This document shows, in pieces, positions 22,926 through 26,866 of a stretch of DNA of 26,866 bases. This DNA is from a virus (lineage: Duplodnaviria; Caudoviricetes), in the IMG/VR virus record IMGVR_UViG_3300006919_000355, positions 1-26,866 of that record; one strand, given 5' to 3'. The notes beneath the pieces are model-generated. The model made no database searches. It had not been told where the DNA came from and worked only from the letters and a program-made list of their open reading frames with translations. The position numbers and the translations under genes are program-made. Position 1 is the first letter of the stretch. Each line of letters begins with the position of its first letter.

Positions 22926-25484
22926 ATGACAGTAGAAACTGAAGTAGCCGCTTTAACCACAGCGGTAGACAAATTAACAACTTCTGTGGACGTATCAAAA
23001 AGTACATTAGATGCTAAGGTTGCAACTGCAGCTTCTTCTATTACATCTGCGGAAGCTCATAAAAATAGTACAAACACTTTAAAAACTGAAACAGGAGCAT
23101 TAAAAGACTTAGCAGTTTCTGCAGCTTCTTCTGCTTCTACAGATGCAGCTAATGCTTATCAAGACCTAGCGGCTATCGCTGAGTCAAAGTCAGTTACTGC
23201 CGCAGACGTATTTGTCTATGACACTAGCAAAGACTCTGACGGTGGTGCATGGCGTAACCGTACTCAGGGTAAATCTTGGTACAACGAAGCTTTTGACAGT
23301 AACCGAGGTTCAGCTAAAAAGTTCCCTGCGGTTGCTGTAATAACGGTATCAGATACCGAAATGTTTATTTATGACGCTGATGACCCTTCTATGCCTGTAT
23401 GGATGCGTTTTGGTATAGGGGGAAGTAATGCATCTCAAACGATGCTAAACAGAGCTGATAATGGCGTTAATGCTGTGACTGCTCTTAATGGTGCAATATA
23501 TTTAGGGTGTGACTTAGACAACAACGCATCGGGAGGAGCAAGGATAATAGATTTTATAAAAGACACTTGTGTAAGTTATTCTACTGGTCTTTCATACCAC
23601 ACCTCAGGAACTTTTAACGGCAATATAAGAAACCGTAATTCAACTTTAGGGTTTGATCAAGTTGGATTAGGCGTTATTGTAAATTCAATAGTAAACGACA
23701 TAGCTGTAACAGTCCTCCCCAACGCACCTATAGACCTTGACACTGGATTACCTGTGCCAACCATAGCGGTTGCTACTGATGGTGGTGTGAGTGTTATTAA
23801 GGATGATGGGAGTGTTGTTTCAAAAAGCTCTAACCTGTCTAACTACAATCACACCATTACTGATCACATCACATTTGACGGCGAGGATATTCTTTTTAGT
23901 GTTTGGAATAACTCATCGCTTCACACCGTTGCCCGTTGGGATTACGAGCTAACCGCACTAAAAGGTCAGTACACGACCTACGAGTCAATTCCAAGCAATA
24001 CCTATAACAGCCTTAAACTGCCTTTTGATACGACATCAAATTCCAACGGCATGGCGGGTAAAGCAGTCGTTAAGACTGATGATGGTGTTGCGCTTGCATT
24101 CGATGGATATGTTGTAAACGCTATTTCTGATGGCAATCCGCAAAAAGATCTGATCAATATTGTCGATAACCATTACAACACCGGTTGGATGCTCCCTGAG
24201 ACAAAGCTTGCGACTTTAATGGACACGGCTACAGGGACTATCGCTGGTACTGAATACGTCACAAACGGCGATTTCGCTACAGCAAGCGACTGGACCATAT
24301 CCCCTCAGCAGACTGGTGCGGGTATTAGCAACGGTCAATTAGAAATAATTAGCGACGGCACGAATGTAAATGCCGTGCAAACGCTGAGTGGGTTAACGGT
24401 TGGGGGGAGCTACACATTAACGTTTGACTACATATCTCGCGCCGATCCATCTGCGGTGGGCATTGCCTATCTTCAGTACAGCAGCAGAAACATTTACCGA
24501 ACGGGCGCCTTGTCTCTAGCGGCGGCAGGAACATATAGCTTTAGCTTTATTGCTCACGTCACTACAGGGTCTCTGCTGATAGGGACTTACGCTAATACAG
24601 GTCAGGGATTCACGATTGATAACGTCTCTGTGAAGCGATCGGTAGCAGACCGTTCAGCTAATGATAAGGCACTGCAAATAACCGGCGACATCACTAAAGA
24701 TGTTGTGGCAACTGGTGCAGAGCTTGTGGGTTATGCGTACACCGCTGACTCTAGTAAGTTACAAATGCCAAATGTTGCTGATATAGGCGCACCAGAATCC
24801 GATTACTGTTGGATGTGGTGGCAAAAAGGCGTCGATTTCTTATTTGGAACCTCACAGGTTACTCAGTGGCAAACTGGCGTTGGTTATAACCCGACAACAG
24901 CAGGGTACTACTTTAGTTGTGGTGGTTCTGTTGGTAATAAACAGTTAAAACTAAATCATGTTTCTACGGCACTAGCCCAAAACACTGTAACATTAGGCAC
25001 ATCTGGTTTAGATAACAGAATAGACACTGATAACTTTAACCACTTCTGCGTTGTAAAAAGAGGTGCGGATTTATACACCTACATAAACGGTAAGCTAGAT
25101 TATTCTAACCAAGGAAACTCCTTTGTAGATGACATAGAAACTACACAGGGCGATAAGTTTACTTTACAGGATTCGGGTGGATATTCTGCCAGAGTGTCGT
25201 TATTCCGCATCTCAGCCACAGCTCCAACCGCAGAGCAAATCGCTAAAATCTATCGTGACGAGAAACCTCTGTTCCAAGAGGGAGCTAAGTGCACCATTTA
25301 CGGTGATGAGAAGGATGTCCGTGCTCTCGCATTTGATGAAGACACTAAACTTCTCCATGTCGGAACTACAGGCTCTGACGACAGGGGGCGATCTGACTTT
25401 CAAGGATTTCAGCGTGTAAACAACACTACCTATGGCGTGGCTACGGCTATCAGTGCCGCTAACGGTTTAGTAGTAGAGGAATAA
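22926..25484 (+). CDS. Receptor-binding / tail spike-like protein 1 with carbohydrate-binding and LamG/ConA-like regions (852 aa)
   Basis: N-terminal heptads; VTNGDF...W...IDNVSVK (CBM-like); HFCVVKRG..LY.YINGKL (LamG-like). Confidence 0.75.
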   Translation: MTVETEVAALTTAVDKLTTSVDVSKSTLDAKVATAASSITSAEAHKNSTNTLKTETGALKDLAVSAASSASTDAANAYQDLAAIAESKSVTAADVFVYDTSKDSDGGAWRNRTQGKSWYNEAFDSNRGSAKKFPAVAVITVSDTEMFIYDADDPSMPVWMRFGIGGSNASQTMLNRADNGVNAVTALNGAIYLGCDLDNNASGGARIIDFIKDTCVSYSTGLSYHTSGTFNGNIRNRNSTLGFDQVGLGVIVNSIVNDIAVTVLPNAPIDLDTGLPVPTIAVATDGGVSVIKDDGSVVSKSSNLSNYNHTITDHITFDGEDILFSVWNNSSLHTVARWDYELTALKGQYTTYESIPSNTYNSLKLPFDTTSNSNGMAGKAVVKTDDGVALAFDGYVVNAISDGNPQKDLINIVDNHYNTGWMLPETKLATLMDTATGTIAGTEYVTNGDFATASDWTISPQQTGAGISNGQLEIISDGTNVNAVQTLSGLTVGGSYTLTFDYISRADPSAVGIAYLQYSSRNIYRTGALSLAAAGTYSFSFIAHVTTGSLLIGTYANTGQGFTIDNVSVKRSVADRSANDKALQITGDITKDVVATGAELVGYAYTADSSKLQMPNVADIGAPESDYCWMWWQKGVDFLFGTSQVTQWQTGVGYNPTTAGYYFSCGGSVGNKQLKLNHVSTALAQNTVTLGTSGLDNRIDTDNFNHFCVVKRGADLYTYINGKLDYSNQGNSFVDDIETTQGDKFTLQDSGGYSARVSLFRISATAPTAEQIAKIYRDEKPLFQEGAKCTIYGDEKDVRALAFDEDTKLLHVGTTGSDDRGRSDFQGFQRVNNTTYGVATAISAANGLVVEE

Positions 25485-25499
25485 TAAAGGATATTAATT

Positions 25500-26866
25500 A
25501 TGACAGTAGAAACCGAATTAGATAATTTAACTACTTCGGTTAACTCACTGGTTAGTAACGTGACAACTAAGAAAGCAATACTGGATGCTGATGTTTCAAG
25601 TGCAGCATCTAGTACTGCTACTTGTGTTAGTCATGCGGATACTGCCAAGGGTTACCAAAGAGAAGCTGAACAATTTAAAGAAACAACATATGATTCTCTA
25701 AGATCCATTAACAGTATCTCAACACAAGATCTTAGTGGATTAACAAAAGACTTAACAGAAGGCGCTAAAGATGTATTTGTTTACGACACATCTAAAGATT
25801 CCGATGGTGGTGCTTGGAGACATAGAACACAAGATACTAGTTGGTATAACGAGCAACTAGGAACAACGACCCGTGGATATCGCAAAGAGTTTCCTGCGGT
25901 TGCTTTAATTGTTGCTTACAACGGTGTAAACGCCGGAGAAGATGGCGGTGTAAATATATATGACGCTACAGACCCTGCTTATCCTTTATGGATGCATTTC
26001 ACAGGAGATTACTCTTGGGGGCACGGCAAGATGTTGGTCGTCGCCGGAAGAAACAGTTACGCACAAATAGAAAGCGTCACAATGAAAGATGCAAAGTTGT
26101 ATGTAGCGTCTCGAGACCTTTACTCAACATCTAGCGGCTTTTTTGAAATAGATTTTTTAAAAGAGCACTGCAAGTTTAGAAAATCCCCAAGAGGTAATGG
26201 TTACAACGTCCTGACTAATCACGCCAATATAGCCGCAAGAAACGAGGACGTAGGTATTTCACCCAAAGCAAGCGGCGATTTCGACGGAACAATTAGCTCT
26301 TTTATAAACGACTTAGCTGTAACAACTTTAGATGGGGCACCTATAGATCCCGAAACAAACTTACCCGTTCCTACAATTGCTGTAGGCACAGAGGGTGGCG
26401 TCACTGTTTTTAAAGATGATGGCAATGTATTTGATATTATTGGCACTAACTGGGGATCAAAGTGTGACTCCTTAGAATTTAATAACGACGGCATTCTATT
26501 TTTCGCCCAAGAAAGATATTACCTAATGTCTTGTGATGTTAAAGGCTTAACCGAAGACCTTACTGGTTTACAAGATGGTCGCGCATATCGCAGACATGAT
26601 CTTGATAGCTATCCACTTAAACAGGTTAGCGGTAAGAACTATATTGGTTTCGACTTAGACAGGGGTTTTGCTGTATCGCCTAACGATCATTTTGATGTTG
26701 CTTACAGCATGTACAACTACTACCCCCACCGGAGACTGGTGCTTTCTACTGAAGGCAATAAGAACCATGGGTATGCAGGTGATAGTCAAATGTCAGCCTA
26801 CATCACAGATACCTATAACACTGGTTGGATGCATGGCGATATTAAGTTAGCCACACTAGCTAGCAC
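25500..26866 (+). CDS. Receptor-binding / tail spike-like protein 2, paralog of 22926-25484; runs off the right edge
   Basis: Not in the ORF track. Hand translation gives MTVETELDNLTT..., DVFVYDTSKDSDGGAWR.RTQ..SWYNE, FPAVA, APID..T.LPVPTIAV.T.GGV and YNTGWM....KLATL, all shared with the preceding gene. Confidence 0.88.
   Translation, partial: MTVETELDNLTTSVNSLVSNVTTKKAILDADVSSAASSTATCVSHADTAKGYQREAEQFKETTYDSLRSINSISTQDLSGLTKDLTEGAKDVFVYDTSKDSDGGAWRHRTQDTSWYNEQLGTTTRGYRKEFPAVALIVAYNGVNAGEDGGVNIYDATDPAYPLWMHFTGDYSWGHGKMLVVAGRNSYAQIESVTMKDAKLYVASRDLYSTSSGFFEIDFLKEHCKFRKSPRGNGYNVLTNHANIAARNEDVGISPKASGDFDGTISSFINDLAVTTLDGAPIDPETNLPVPTIAVGTEGGVTVFKDDGNVFDIIGTNWGSKCDSLEFNNDGILFFAQERYYLMSCDVKGLTEDLTGLQDGRAYRRHDLDSYPLKQVSGKNYIGFDLDRGFAVSPNDHFDVAYSMYNYYPHRRLVLSTEGNKNHGYAGDSQMSAYITDTYNTGWMHGDIKLATLAS

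Noticed and set aside
24402-24407. G6 run in RBP1 as a phase-variation tract
   Set aside because: It is too short to be distinguished from chance, and the frame is intact.

Overview
This is a 26.9 kb piece of a lytic podovirus genome. Its organisation resembles the SIO1/VpV262/PA11/cobavirus group (Zobellviridae); that assignment is inferred from gene content, not from a database search. Two arms diverge from a ~550 bp non-coding, hairpin-rich region (~12400-12950) that is probably the joined genome ends. In transcription order, the left arm (minus strand) carries small early genes, a divergent gp2.5-like SSB paralog, a tightly coupled amidoligase cluster (phiEco32-type COOH-NH2 ligase, second amidoligase, class-II glutamine amidotransferase, ATP-grasp enzyme, gamma-glutamylcyclotransferase and two unknown ORFs), a canonical SSB, a displaced TerS-like gene, several small ORFs, an endonuclease VII-like nuclease, a B12-dependent class II RNR and the start of a family A DNA polymerase. 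The right arm (plus strand) carries TerL, portal, scaffold, major capsid, an adaptor, a tail fibre and two paralogous receptor-binding proteins. The best leads are: the uncharacterised amide-bond write/erase cluster; a 14-nt perfect anti-16S complement at the portal stop with no usable start codon; a 14/15-nt motif shared upstream of terS and terL; a post-terminator ACCGACAAC-N3-TACATGC box; repeated GAA-triloop DNA hairpins; and a pseudoknot/anti-SD switch in front of the polymerase. All family calls come from motifs recognised by eye.
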